Part shown: positions 1 through 8,727 of the stretch, in pieces | Position numbering within the stretch: the stretch's first letter is position 1 | How the letters are laid out: each line of letters opens with the position of its first letter | From: Candidatus Electronema sp. PJ | GTDB lineage: Bacteria; Desulfobacterota; Desulfobulbia; Desulfobulbales; Desulfobulbaceae | Length of the DNA stretch: 24,000 nt | Direction of reading: 5' to 3' | Assembly (NCBI RefSeq): GCF_048287395.1 | Contig: NZ_JBLWEO010000083.1 | Location: 6,880-30,879 of the forward strand | Notes under the pieces: generated by a model | The model's input: the letters and a program-made list of their open reading frames with translations, nothing else | Told to the model about the DNA's origin: nothing | Databases searched by the model: none | Position numbers and translations under genes: made by a program

Positions 1-185
1 AACACAGTTCTAACACCCACCAATTAAATAATCAGGCAGGAGAAAGGCTGCATCAGTTCCCAACGCGGTAAGGCAACCAGTGTACGCTCCGGCACTGTAT
101 CGCGTCCGGGGACTGCCCTTTGTTTCGGCTACGCTGACAGTTGCGGCTGTCATTCTTTTAAATTAATGGGAAGGAGAGAAGAGAG

Positions 186-1340
186 ATGAGGAAGAAACTC
201 AATGGCAAGGGCGTGGCCGCCTTGGCTGCTGGCTCGATGTTGCTTGGCACATCGACAGGGGCTTTTGCCCTGGAGATCAAATCTGGTAACGACAAAGTTG
301 AACTCCAGCTGAAAGGCCATATCGCACGGGCGGTGCTAGTCGCAGATGATGGCCAGGAGAACAAGTTCTTGCATGTGGACAACAGCAACTCGGAGAGCCG
401 GATCACTCTTGATGGCAAAGTAAAGGCCGATGACCTGACTATCGGCAGCACTTTTGAGCTGCAATGGCAGGCGAATCCGTCGGATAAGGTGTCGATGGAG
501 GAGGAGAGCATCTCTGGTGAGTTTAAAGAACGAATCATGGAGGTGTATCTTGATTCCAAGGAGCTGGGCAAGTTCTCTTTGGGCCGGGGTGATATGTCTT
601 CTGATGACAGCACCGAGGTTGATCTGTCTGGCACGGACTTAGCAGGCAACTCTGGCGTGGCGGATGTGGGTGGCGGCTTCAAGTTTAACGATCCCAACGT
701 GTCAATGCCGACCACAGATGAGAACGGTGAAGTGGTGGATAAGCGTCTGGCCGTAAGCAATGTGTTCGATAACATGGACGGCTTGAGCCGGAGAAACCGA
801 GTGCGCTATGATACCCGGAAATTCGCCGGCTTTGGCTTGGGCATCGCAGCTGGCGAGAAGGAGATGTTTGATGCGACGCTGGTGTATTCCGGTGAGTTGG
901 CTGGCACCAAGCTTGAAGGCGCACTGGCCTGGTCTAATCCGGGCAGCGACAAGGACTATAGCCAGATCAACGGCTCGGCTTCACTGCTTTTCCCCTTTGG
1001 TCTGAATGTCACAGCTGCTTTTGGCAGTCGCGATCTGGATGAGATGCCTGCTGGTGACGATGAGCCGGTCTTCATGTACGGCAAGATCGGTTACAAGTGC
1101 GATAAGCTCCTGTCTATCGGCTCTACGGCCATCTCTCTGGATTACGGCGTGTACGAAAACGTCAAGCATCAAGACAAAGGTGAAGAGGGCACGGCTTACG
1201 GTCTTCAGCTGGTGCAGAAAATCTCTGACTGGAACACCGAACTCTATGCGGCTTGGCGGAATTACGAGCTGGAAGACCATACTGGCGCGAACTACGAGGA
1301 TATCTCTCTGCTCATGGCCGGTGTGCGGCTTAAATTCTAA
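186..1340 (+). CDS. Outer-membrane porin-like beta-barrel protein, paralog A
   Basis: ATG 186 is preceded by SD-like GGAAGGAGAG. N-terminal signal peptide (AAGSMLLGTSTGAFA/LE). Sequence is glycine/aromatic-rich with an alternating pattern. C-terminal ...GVRLKF ends in Phe, as in OM beta-barrels. Shares long identical blocks with the next ORF (LEIKSGNDKV, FELQWQANPSDKVSMEEESISG, EVDLSGTDLAGNSGV, YSQINGSAS, FMYGKIGY). Confidence 0.75.
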   Translation: MRKKLNGKGVAALAAGSMLLGTSTGAFALEIKSGNDKVELQLKGHIARAVLVADDGQENKFLHVDNSNSESRITLDGKVKADDLTIGSTFELQWQANPSDKVSMEEESISGEFKERIMEVYLDSKELGKFSLGRGDMSSDDSTEVDLSGTDLAGNSGVADVGGGFKFNDPNVSMPTTDENGEVVDKRLAVSNVFDNMDGLSRRNRVRYDTRKFAGFGLGIAAGEKEMFDATLVYSGELAGTKLEGALAWSNPGSDKDYSQINGSASLLFPFGLNVTAAFGSRDLDEMPAGDDEPVFMYGKIGYKCDKLLSIGSTAISLDYGVYENVKHQDKGEEGTAYGLQLVQKISDWNTELYAAWRNYELEDHTGANYEDISLLMAGVRLKF

Positions 1341-1360
1341 CCTGATTTAACCAGCAGACA

Positions 1361-1391
1361 GCGGATGTTCCCTCGGACATCCGCCTTCTTT
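1361..1391 (+). terminator. Candidate intrinsic terminator after porin paralog A
   Basis: Hairpin GCGGATGT(1361-1368)/ACATCCGC(1377-1384) followed by the pyrimidine-rich tract CTTCTTTCC. The tail is not a clean U-run. Confidence 0.45.
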
Positions 1392-1500
1392 CCTCTGCTG
1401 CCCAAAGGATCCCTTCGCTTTTTTCTGGAAAAATAGCAGGGGCAAGGGTATGATAGGTGCGGGCAGTCTCATCACATTAATTTTTAGAAGGAGAGGAAAG

Positions 1501-2646
1501 ATGAAGAAACAACTGCCGTCAGCAAGCTCAATTAGCTTAGTTGCCGGGGCAATGCTTTTCGCTGCTGCGACTGGGGCTTCGGCTTTAGAGATAAAATCCG
1601 GCAATGACAAAGTCGATCTGCAACTCAAGGGTCATGTCAACCGAGCAGTCATGTATGCGGATGATGGCAACGAGAGTAACGTGTTCCATGTTGACAATAC
1701 CAATTCCGAGACCAGGGTCGGACTGTACGGAAAACTGGCCGCCACCGAATACCTGACCATCGGCAGCAACTTCGAGCTACAATGGCAGGCCAATCCGTCT
1801 GATAAAGTGTCAATGGAAGAGGAGAGCATTTCTGGCGACTTCAAAGAGCGGCTGGCTGAGGTTTATTTTGACTGCAAGAAGGGCGGCAAGCTTTGGTTAG
1901 GTCGCGGCAAAATGACCAGCGACGACAGTTCTGAAGTTGACCTTTCTGGCACTGATCTAGCGGGCAACTCCGGCGTGACCGATGTCGGCGGCGGTTTTAA
2001 GTTTTACAACGCAGCAGCAGCTCCGGCTCCGGAAGATAGCGAGGAAAGCACAGGTTTTACGGTTAAGGATGTCTTCAATTCCATGGACGGCACCCGATAC
2101 AACCGGGTTCGCTATGATACACCCAAATTTGCAGGTTTCAGCCTCGGCGCAGCAGCAGGCGAACAAGATTTGGTTGATGCCATCTTGAGGTATTCAGGTG
2201 AATTCGCTGAGACAAAGCTGGAAGGTGCTCTTTCCTGGTCCAATCCTGGCGACAACGGCGATTACAGCCAGATCAACGGCTCTGCCTCTGTGCTGTTCAA
2301 TTCCGGCCTGAACCTGACCGCTGCTGGCGGTACCCGTGACATGAACAATATGCCTGTAGGCGGTGACGAGCCAATTTTCATGTACGGCAAGATCGGCTAC
2401 ATTTGCGACAAAATGTTCGCGATCGGCAGCACAGCGGTTTCTGTTGATTACGGCATCTTTGAGAATGCTAAGAAGCAGAACATCGGCCAGGAAGGCACAG
2501 CCACGGGCGTACAGTTCGTGCAAAACCTGTCTGACTGGAGCACCGAACTATTTGCGGCATACCGAGGTTATGCGTTGGAAGACACGACCGGCGCGGATTA
2601 CGAAGATATCACCATTGTAATGGGTGGTGCTCGCTTCAAGTTCTAA
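1501..2646 (+). CDS. Outer-membrane porin-like beta-barrel protein, paralog B
   Basis: Start moved to ATG 1501 (MKKQLPSASS...), which is preceded by AGAAGGAGAGG. Signal peptide ...AAATGASA/LE. Ends ...GARFKF. Collinear with paralog A along the whole length. Confidence 0.75.
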   Translation: MKKQLPSASSISLVAGAMLFAAATGASALEIKSGNDKVDLQLKGHVNRAVMYADDGNESNVFHVDNTNSETRVGLYGKLAATEYLTIGSNFELQWQANPSDKVSMEEESISGDFKERLAEVYFDCKKGGKLWLGRGKMTSDDSSEVDLSGTDLAGNSGVTDVGGGFKFYNAAAAPAPEDSEESTGFTVKDVFNSMDGTRYNRVRYDTPKFAGFSLGAAAGEQDLVDAILRYSGEFAETKLEGALSWSNPGDNGDYSQINGSASVLFNSGLNLTAAGGTRDMNNMPVGGDEPIFMYGKIGYICDKMFAIGSTAVSVDYGIFENAKKQNIGQEGTATGVQFVQNLSDWSTELFAAYRGYALEDTTGADYEDITIVMGGARFKF

Positions 2647-2734
2647 GTAAGACTTCTCAATAAGTGTTGGGGCAACTCTCTGTGGTTGCCCCGGCAATGT
2701 ATGCACGATGTCGCCTGGCATTGTGTCGTGGTTC

Positions 2735-2760
2735 AAGCCCCTGCGCAAGGGGCTTTTCTG
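2735..2760 (+). terminator. Candidate intrinsic terminator after porin paralog B
   Basis: Stem AAGCCCCT(2735-2742)/AGGGGCTT(2748-2755) followed by TTCTG. A second GC hairpin without a T tail lies just upstream: GGGGCAAC(2669-2676)/GTTGCCCC(2685-2692). Confidence 0.5.
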
Positions 2761-2805
2761 TATGCGGATGATAAAGCAGTCTGCACCTTTCCTGTCGCAC
2801 ACACT

Positions 2806-3507
2806 ATGGCCAAAGAAAAAATCCTGCTGGTTGAAGACGCAGAGGACATCCTGGAGTTAGTCCGCTACCATCTGGCCAAAGAAGGCTATCAGGTAAGCTG
2901 CGCCCGATCTGGGGAAGAGGCGTTGAATGCTGTCCGACAGACTTCCTTTGACCTGATCCTGCTTGATCTGATGCTGCCGGGTTTAGATGGGCTTGAGGTC
3001 TGCCGACGACTACGGCGGGACGCGGCAATGGCGCATGTACCTGTCATCATGCTTACTGCGAAAAGCGAGGAGACGGATATGGTGGTCGGCCTCGAATTAG
3101 GGGCGGATGATTACGTGACCAAACCCTTCAGTCCGCGTGTGTTGACAGCCCGCATCCGGGCTGCGTTGCGCCGCGCGCAGCAAAAGGACGACGGCGAACA
3201 GGCTGATATCCTCAGCATCGGGGCGTTGCAGATCGACCGCTCCCGTTATGAGGTCTGCGTTAAGGGCGAACTCGTGCGCCTGACCGCCACGGAGTTTGGC
3301 ATTTTGCTCTGTTTGACCAAACGGCCAGGCTGGGTCTTTAGCCGCTACCAGATTGTTGAGGCAGTCCGGGGCGAGGACTACAGCGTCACCGACCGGGCCG
3401 TGGATGTCCAGATTGTGGGGTTGCGGAAAAAGCTCGGGGAGCTGGGGCATTACATCGAAACCGTGCGCGGTGTGGGATATCGCTTCCAGGCGCAGGCCGA
3501 GGCATGA
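2806..3507 (+). CDS. OmpR/PhoB-family response regulator (PhoB-like)
   Basis: Receiver-domain motifs: ILLVEDAEDI, DLILLDLMLPGLDG, MLTAKSEETD, GADDYVTKPFSPRVLTARIRAALRR. These closely resemble the E. coli PhoB block [29 protein letters not shown]. Winged-helix C-terminus ends ...IETVRGVGYRF. The start was trimmed from ORF start 2686 to ATG 2806 (MAKEKILLVED). The stop overlaps the kinase start (ATGA at 3504-3507). Confidence 0.9.
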   Translation: MAKEKILLVEDAEDILELVRYHLAKEGYQVSCARSGEEALNAVRQTSFDLILLDLMLPGLDGLEVCRRLRRDAAMAHVPVIMLTAKSEETDMVVGLELGADDYVTKPFSPRVLTARIRAALRRAQQKDDGEQADILSIGALQIDRSRYEVCVKGELVRLTATEFGILLCLTKRPGWVFSRYQIVEAVRGEDYSVTDRAVDVQIVGLRKKLGELGHYIETVRGVGYRFQAQAEA

Positions 3508-5276
3508 GAAAGCTGCTCTGGAACCTGTGCAGCTCCTACCTGCTCCTGGTGCTCCTTGCCCTGAGCGCAAGTTTCTTTTCTGCGTCCTTCCTCCTCAAAC
3601 CTTTTCATAACGAACAAGCGCAGCAGCAGCTCGCAGCCCAGGCCCGACTCTTCCGCAGCCAGCTTATCCAGGAAGCAACTTTACGCCAGGCCGAAAGCAA
3701 GATTGGGAAGCTCTGTGCTGCCTTCCAGGCGGAGTTAGGCACCCGCATCACGGTGGTGCTGGCCTCAGGCAAGGTCATTGGCGACTCAGAAGAACAGCCA
3801 GCGACGATGGACAATCATGCTGACCGGCCAGAAATCAAGGCCGCGCTCGCAGATGAAATCGGCGTTTCTCTGCGCCGCAGCTACACCTTAGCCAAAGAGA
3901 TGCTGTATGTTGCTGTTCCGGTCAAAAGGGCAGGAGCAATCTGGGCGGTGGTGCGGGCAGCGGTGCCAGCCCAGGACGTGCAGCAGCAGCGTCAAGCGGT
4001 TCTGGGCAAGATTGCCCTGGCTGCGCTGCCAGCTTTGCTGCTAGCGGCAGCAGGCGGCTTGCTCCTGTCGTGGCGCATCAGTAGGCCGCTGGAAGAAATC
4101 GAGCAGGGCGTGCTGCGCTTCACTCAAGGCAGCTGGCAGCATCGTATTCGTATTGCTGGGCCGCTGGAAATCACCAGTCTGGCTGCGTCCTGCAACCGGA
4201 TGGCAGCCCAGCTTGACGAGCAAACCACGGTACTCAAGAAGCAGCTGGACTTGCTCGAATCGACTTTCCGCAGCATGGCCGAGGCAGTCGTAGTGACTGA
4301 CCAAGAGGGCCGCATTCTCCGCTGTAATCAGGCCGCAGGCAGGCTGTTTGGCTTTGAGATCAACCGGGTTGCCGACCGCGACATCCAGGAAATCATCCGT
4401 CATGCCGATGTGCAGCAGTTCCTCGCTAGGACGCTGAAAAAAGGCAGGCCGACCGAAGAGGTCATTGCCGTCAATACAGGCCAGGAAAAGATTCTCAGTG
4501 CGCATGGCACCCTGCTCCGCAGCGAAACCGGCCAGATCGCAGGGGCACTGCTGGTTTTTCATGATATCACCCGCCTCAAACGGCTGGAAACCATGCGCCG
4601 TGACTTTGCGGCCAATGTCTCGCATGAGCTGAAAACCCCAATCACCGCGATTAAAGGCTTTGTCGAGATCCTGCGCGATGGTGCTTTGCATGAACCGGAG
4701 AACGCTGACCGTTTTCTGGAGATTGTGAGCCGGAATGTCCAGCGACTGCACGCCATCATCGAAGATTTACTCGCTCTGGCCCGCTTAGAACAGGAAGAGG
4801 AGCAGGGACAAATCCACCTGAACTGGCAGGCCATCAAGCCGGTACTGGAAAACGCCGCTGCGGTCTGTGCGCCAGCCGCGCAGGCGAAAAGTATCCAGCT
4901 TGAACTGCGCTGCGCCGAGGCCATCAAGGCGCAGATCAACAGTGCGCTGCTGGAGCAGGCCGTGGTCAACCTAGTGGATAATGCAGTGAAATATAGCCAC
5001 GAGCGCAGTGCGGTTATCTTGCAGGCAGAACAACGGGTGCAGAACGGCGAAGTGGTGCTTGCGGTGCAGGATACGGGCTGTGGGATCAGTCGGGAGCATC
5101 ACGCCCGCCTTTTTGAACGCTTTTACCGGGTGGATAAGGCCCGCAGCTGCAAGCTGGGCGGCACTGGCTTGGGTCTGGCGATTGCCAAACATATCGTACA
5201 GGCCCATCACGGCACAATTACCGTGGAAAGCGCACTAGGCAAGGGGAGTATTTTCTCGATCAGGCTGCCAGGTTGA
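3504..5276 (+). CDS. Membrane sensor histidine kinase (PhoR-like: periplasmic domain, HAMP, PAS, HisKA, HATPase_c)
   Basis: Two hydrophobic segments (LLLVLLALSASFF and ALAALPALLLAAAGGLLL) flank a sensing domain of about 150 aa. H-box is RRDFAANVSHELKTPITAIKGF. N box is VNLVDNAVKYS. G boxes are VQDTGCGI and GGTGLGLAIAKHIV. Translationally coupled to the regulator. Confidence 0.9.
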   Translation: MRKLLWNLCSSYLLLVLLALSASFFSASFLLKPFHNEQAQQQLAAQARLFRSQLIQEATLRQAESKIGKLCAAFQAELGTRITVVLASGKVIGDSEEQPATMDNHADRPEIKAALADEIGVSLRRSYTLAKEMLYVAVPVKRAGAIWAVVRAAVPAQDVQQQRQAVLGKIALAALPALLLAAAGGLLLSWRISRPLEEIEQGVLRFTQGSWQHRIRIAGPLEITSLAASCNRMAAQLDEQTTVLKKQLDLLESTFRSMAEAVVVTDQEGRILRCNQAAGRLFGFEINRVADRDIQEIIRHADVQQFLARTLKKGRPTEEVIAVNTGQEKILSAHGTLLRSETGQIAGALLVFHDITRLKRLETMRRDFAANVSHELKTPITAIKGFVEILRDGALHEPENADRFLEIVSRNVQRLHAIIEDLLALARLEQEEEQGQIHLNWQAIKPVLENAAAVCAPAAQAKSIQLELRCAEAIKAQINSALLEQAVVNLVDNAVKYSHERSAVILQAEQRVQNGEVVLAVQDTGCGISREHHARLFERFYRVDKARSCKLGGTGLGLAIAKHIVQAHHGTITVESALGKGSIFSIRLPG

Positions 5277-5280
5277 GCAA

Positions 5281-5518
5281 GCAGCAAGGGGAACAGGGTG
5301 TGCAGGTGAGCAAAAGCCCTCTGCAACGGGGAAAAATGGCCGTGCATCAGTGAAAAATCGTTCTGTAACGTGGAGAAATGACTGTGTAGCGGTGAAAAAT
5401 CACCCTGCACCGGTGAAAAATGATCGTGCAGTGGGTAAAAACGACAGTGCAGCAGGGAAAAACCATTCTGCAGCGGGGAAAAACGACTGTGCAGCACTGC
5501 ACCACCATTTTTCCCCGT
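5281..5518. repeat. Array 1: ten direct 21-nt degenerate tandem units plus one inverted terminal unit
   Basis: The GAAAAA-type core recurs at 5331, 5352, 5373, 5394, 5415, 5436, 5457 and 5478, exactly 21 nt apart. Weaker copies lie at 5289 and 5310. Unit consensus is about GCAGCGGTGAAAAAYNNYYGT. The last element is inverted (TTTTTCCCCG at 5508-5517) and pairs with CGGGGAAAAA at 5474-5483. Confidence 0.85.
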
Positions 5519-5526
5519 GTATTTAT

Positions 5527-5558
5527 CAGAAAACGGAAGGCCGCTGCCTCTCCTTCCG
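5527..5558 (-). terminator. Candidate intrinsic terminator for the minus-strand repeat/beta-barrel gene
   Basis: Stem CGGAAGG(5534-5540)/CCTTCCG(5552-5558). On the minus strand it is followed by TTTTCTGATAAATA. It lies about 20 nt downstream of the stop at 5580-5582. Confidence 0.5.
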
Positions 5559-5579
5559 CCTGAATAAGCAGCTGCCTCC

Positions 5580-7004
5580 TTAGAAGCGGAAGCGCAACCC
5601 GCCACCGATGCGGCCATATTTGTCCATATCGTCCAGCTCATCGGTGCCAACTCTGCCTTCCACGAAAATAGCCGCGCTGGTCGAGGCCGGAGCACCAAAG
5701 ATGCGCAGACCAATCTCGGCGATGTAGTCTGCTTGGCTGTCCTCGCTCGGCACTTCGTCTTCGCCATTGGTCATCCAGGAACCAACACCCAAGCCAAGGA
5801 AGAAGGGCGACCACGTTGCGCCGTGCGCTGAGGTGCATTGGTAGAAGTTATACTGCACCATGAGATCGAGCAGGAACGCATCGGCTCCAGCATCGCCACT
5901 GATCTTGGCTGCCCCGCCTGCTAAAGCCAAGAAGGAGAAGTGCGGATTAATAACATACTCCACGCCTAATCTACCTAGCCCGTAATCTGCTTCTTCTGGT
6001 TGCCGGAGATATCCTACGTCCGCAATGAAATGGAACGGCGACTCGCAGCACTGAGCCGCTGCACCCTGCACTTCTTTCACCACTTGCTTGACCACGGTTC
6101 GCGTCGGCCCAGGCACAGTGACTCGCTTCACGACGGTTCTGGTTGGGCCAGGCACATGGATAACCCGTTCCGGGCCAGGAACTTCCTTGACCACCTCTTT
6201 CACTACTTCTTTGACTACTGGTTTGTCCACGTATTTGATCACTTCCTTGGGCACGTAAACCGTCGGGCCAGTTACTTGTACTGGGCGATCAACATATTTG
6301 ATGACTTCTTTCGGAACATAAACCGTTGGCCCAGGCACCGGAACCTGCCGAACCACTTCTCTCACCACCGGGCGGTCAACATAAACCGTCGGGCCAGGAA
6401 CGGGAACCTGCACCTGCTTGATCACCTCTTGCGGGACATAGACGGTTGGGCCAGGCACCGGCACTTCCTTAATCACTTGCTGAATGACCGGGGCCTGCTG
6501 CTGCACTATTTGCACTGGCATCGGCGCAGGGACAGACTCCTTCAGGGCCAGATTGCCGCATTGCAGAGGTACGGCAAAGGTATAACGCTGGCCGTCCTTG
6601 TCAATCATAAACTCAAATACTGACAGCGGCGCATTGCCGCCCCAGGTCACATCCCGCGCTACCTTAACCCGGCCCTTGCCGTAGCGACGGAAGAGCATCC
6701 AGTCAATCTGCTGGCCTGGTAAGTAATCAACAATGGCGATCTGGGTCTGCGGATACTGGGCAATGTGGGCCTGCACCAGGGGGAAGAGGTCTGCATTGCC
6801 TGCTGCTGACATGCCCGCCTGGATATCGCCGCTCATATCCTGCATCATGGCCCGCAGATCCTCCACGGTTGATAGAGGTCGGGAAACCGGATGCGTACCC
6901 ACTGTCCTGAGAATACTTGCAGCCTGCACTTGGACTGCGCCTGTGGACGCAGTCAATGCGGCCAGCACTGCTACGGACACCAACATCTTTTTGCTCTTGT
7001 TCAT
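5580..7004 (-). CDS. Secreted protein: N-terminal globular domain, VPGPT/VKEV repeat linker, C-terminal OmpA-like 8-strand-type beta-barrel
   Basis: Start trimmed to ATG at 7004 (MNKSKKMLVSVAVLAALTASTGAVQVQAAS), which has AGGAGGAAG immediately upstream. The central region repeats PVPGPTVYVPKEVIKYVDRPV-like units. The C-terminus alternates hydrophobic residues and ends GGGLRFRF. Confidence 0.7.
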   Translation of the reverse strand: MNKSKKMLVSVAVLAALTASTGAVQVQAASILRTVGTHPVSRPLSTVEDLRAMMQDMSGDIQAGMSAAGNADLFPLVQAHIAQYPQTQIAIVDYLPGQQIDWMLFRRYGKGRVKVARDVTWGGNAPLSVFEFMIDKDGQRYTFAVPLQCGNLALKESVPAPMPVQIVQQQAPVIQQVIKEVPVPGPTVYVPQEVIKQVQVPVPGPTVYVDRPVVREVVRQVPVPGPTVYVPKEVIKYVDRPVQVTGPTVYVPKEVIKYVDKPVVKEVVKEVVKEVPGPERVIHVPGPTRTVVKRVTVPGPTRTVVKQVVKEVQGAAAQCCESPFHFIADVGYLRQPEEADYGLGRLGVEYVINPHFSFLALAGGAAKISGDAGADAFLLDLMVQYNFYQCTSAHGATWSPFFLGLGVGSWMTNGEDEVPSEDSQADYIAEIGLRIFGAPASTSAAIFVEGRVGTDELDDMDKYGRIGGGLRFRF

Positions 7005-7047
7005 CGCCTTCTTCCTCCTACATCTTTGTTGCATGTAATGAGCAGGC

Positions 7048-8727
7048 CTATTCCTGCTCAGAAATTGTCTGCCAATATGCTGGGTCAGCTGGGAATTCTT
7101 CCCGGCCAATCAAGGCCGCACCTACCGCGTTGCCCACTTCGTAATGCTCCGGGAAGCTGACGCTGGTGCGTAGCCGTTCTGCAACCGCAGGCAGGAAGCA
7201 GCGCGAGGCCGCACCAATGCCAATGATCGGGATCTTCACCGCCACGCTCAGGGAAAAGAGCGGGTTGTCCTTGCTGCTGAGAAAAGGGGCGGCCTCGCTG
7301 GCTGGCCAGACTTTGCGGGCCAGATAATCAAGGATGATGGTTTCAATAACTTGCTCGGTGGCTGCCACCACCCGCAGGCAGAGGCTTTCCACATCCATCT
7401 TCAGGGCCGCAGCCAAAGCAACAGCCCCGCGCTCGGCCTGCTCACGGTTGCCGATCTTCAGCTTGCCTAGGACATGCAGGGCATCAGTCGGCGTAAAGCC
7501 AATCATCCTGATCTGCTGGCGGTAGGTGAGTCGCTCCAACCATTTCTCTAACAGCACCCCAGACATGCCAATCTGCAGCGCCAAGGTCTCTGGGTTGGCT
7601 GCGCCATATTCGAGCAAACTGCGCAGGATTTCATCGTGCGAGGCTGCTGCTTCATCCAGCCCCTCTACCGGCATAACCAAGGCATTGCGCAGACCACAGC
7701 CCAACCAGTCTGCCGGATCTGGCAAACCAGTGGTCATAGACAGCGGCTGTACCCTCGTCTGCGCCAGACGAATGCTCGGGCTATGTTCTAGCGAGCAGAT
7801 AACATGGGAATCACCGCCCCCGCCTGCGGTGTACATGTCAATGGCCTCGATGTGGGTCTGCCACTGGCCGATCCGACAGCCTTCGTTGCTCAAGACCGGC
7901 CAACCGTTGCGGATCATACAGACATCAGTGGTTGTGCCGCCGACATCAACCACCAAGGCGGTCTGCTCGCCAGCGGTGCAACCGAAGCGGGCTGTAGCTG
8001 CCGGGCCACTGGCCACGGTAATTGCGGCTCGCTGCACGGCTTCGTCTAAGTTTGCGCCCCTACCGTTACCGCAGATGATCGTCACCGGGCAGTTTAGTCC
8101 GGCCCGGAGCATAGAAATCTGCACCGAGGAAAGAAAACCCACCATCAGCGGCATCAGGCGGGCGTGCAGGCAGGCCGTGGCTGCCCTGGCGTGCATTCCC
8201 GGACTACCGCTCACCTGATGCGAGCAGAAGACTGGCTTGGGATCGAGAATGCCAATGGCCTCTTCTGCCACCAACTCGTGGGTTGGGTTCTTGATCGACA
8301 TGGCACTACAGATCGCATAGCTATCTACCTCGCCGCGCAGGGCACGCACGGAATCCACCAGCCCTTCCAGATCAAGCGGCTCTTCTTCTTCGCCAGTGAT
8401 CTTATGGCCGCCCTTCATGAACACGCTGGCAGTCACTGGCAACTTGAAGTGGCGGACATGGCCAAAGACCAGCAAGGCAACCCGTGCGCCTCGTCCCTCA
8501 ACCACTGCGTTGGTAGCCAAGGTAGTAGAGACAGACAAACGGTTAACAGCCTCTGGTGGGATGCCAAAGGACAGGAGCCGCTCCAACACCTTGCCCACGC
8601 CAATGCCGAGATCGTGATGCGTGGTCGGCTCCTTGACCGAATGTGCCACCTGAAGGGTGGAATTGCTGATCAGAACGCCGTCGGTGCAGGTGCCGCCGGT
8701 GTCAATGCCGATGCAATAGCTGTCCAT
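7048..8727 (-). CDS. Hydantoinase/oxoprolinase-family (ASKHA-fold) protein
   Basis: Start trimmed to ATG at 8727 (MDSYCIGIDTGGTCTDGVLI). A second phosphate-binding motif is present (LVVDVGGTTTDVCMI). Both are typical of the hydantoinase A/oxoprolinase family. Stop codon is TAG. Confidence 0.7.
   Translation of the reverse strand: MDSYCIGIDTGGTCTDGVLISNSTLQVAHSVKEPTTHHDLGIGVGKVLERLLSFGIPPEAVNRLSVSTTLATNAVVEGRGARVALLVFGHVRHFKLPVTASVFMKGGHKITGEEEEPLDLEGLVDSVRALRGEVDSYAICSAMSIKNPTHELVAEEAIGILDPKPVFCSHQVSGSPGMHARAATACLHARLMPLMVGFLSSVQISMLRAGLNCPVTIICGNGRGANLDEAVQRAAITVASGPAATARFGCTAGEQTALVVDVGGTTTDVCMIRNGWPVLSNEGCRIGQWQTHIEAIDMYTAGGGGDSHVICSLEHSPSIRLAQTRVQPLSMTTGLPDPADWLGCGLRNALVMPVEGLDEAAASHDEILRSLLEYGAANPETLALQIGMSGVLLEKWLERLTYRQQIRMIGFTPTDALHVLGKLKIGNREQAERGAVALAAALKMDVESLCLRVVAATEQVIETIILDYLARKVWPASEAAPFLSSKDNPLFSLSVAVKIPIIGIGAASRCFLPAVAERLRTSVSFPEHYEVGNAVGAALIGREEFPADPAYWQTISEQE

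Noticed and set aside
134-165. Pho box upstream of the first porin gene (CTGACAG-n6-CTGTCAT)
   Set aside because: Only one CTGTCAT heptamer is present. The partner is inverted and offset by 13 nt instead of being a direct repeat at 11 nt. The spacing to the A/T-rich -10-like region is also wrong for E. coli-type Pho promoters.
1365-1380. Similarity between the porin terminator hairpin (ATGTTCCCTCGGACAT) and a unit of array 4 (ATGTCCCTCGGACAT at 16864-16878)
   Set aside because: A single match of about 14 nt is within chance expectation for all-against-all comparison of a 24-kb window on both strands. No further copies were seen.
2686-2805. N-terminal extensions of the tracked ORFs (2686, 1450, 7109, 8961, 13975, 15142, 20720)
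   Set aside because: In every case an internal ATG has a good SD and begins the conserved N-terminus or signal peptide of the family. The upstream extensions overlap terminators or promoter DNA.
4041-4751. Large antisense or alternative-frame ORFs (4041-4751 minus, 7526-8218 plus, 8164-8856 plus, 8986-9702 minus, 12089-12760 plus, 3097-3570 minus and others)
   Set aside because: Each lies entirely inside a gene with clear family motifs on the other strand or frame. Their translations are Arg/Ala/Ser-rich with no recognisable motifs, which is typical of shadow ORFs.
5281-5518. Possible CRISPR arrays: this array and those at 11860-12150, 16715-17021 and 21925-22195
   Set aside because: The periods are 21-23 nt with no alternation of a constant repeat and unique spacers. 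The units are contiguous and degenerate, and no cas genes are present in the window.
5207-5767. Long ORFs running through the arrays with heptad-like translations (5207-5767 minus; 11817-12161 minus; 11956-12252 plus; 21897-22172 minus; 21925-22128 plus; 16763-17017 minus)
   Set aside because: Several frames on both strands are open simultaneously, which is simply a consequence of a stop-free 21-nt unit. The ORFs overlap the 3-prime ends of well-supported genes. They lack SD/start context, and the translations are low complexity.
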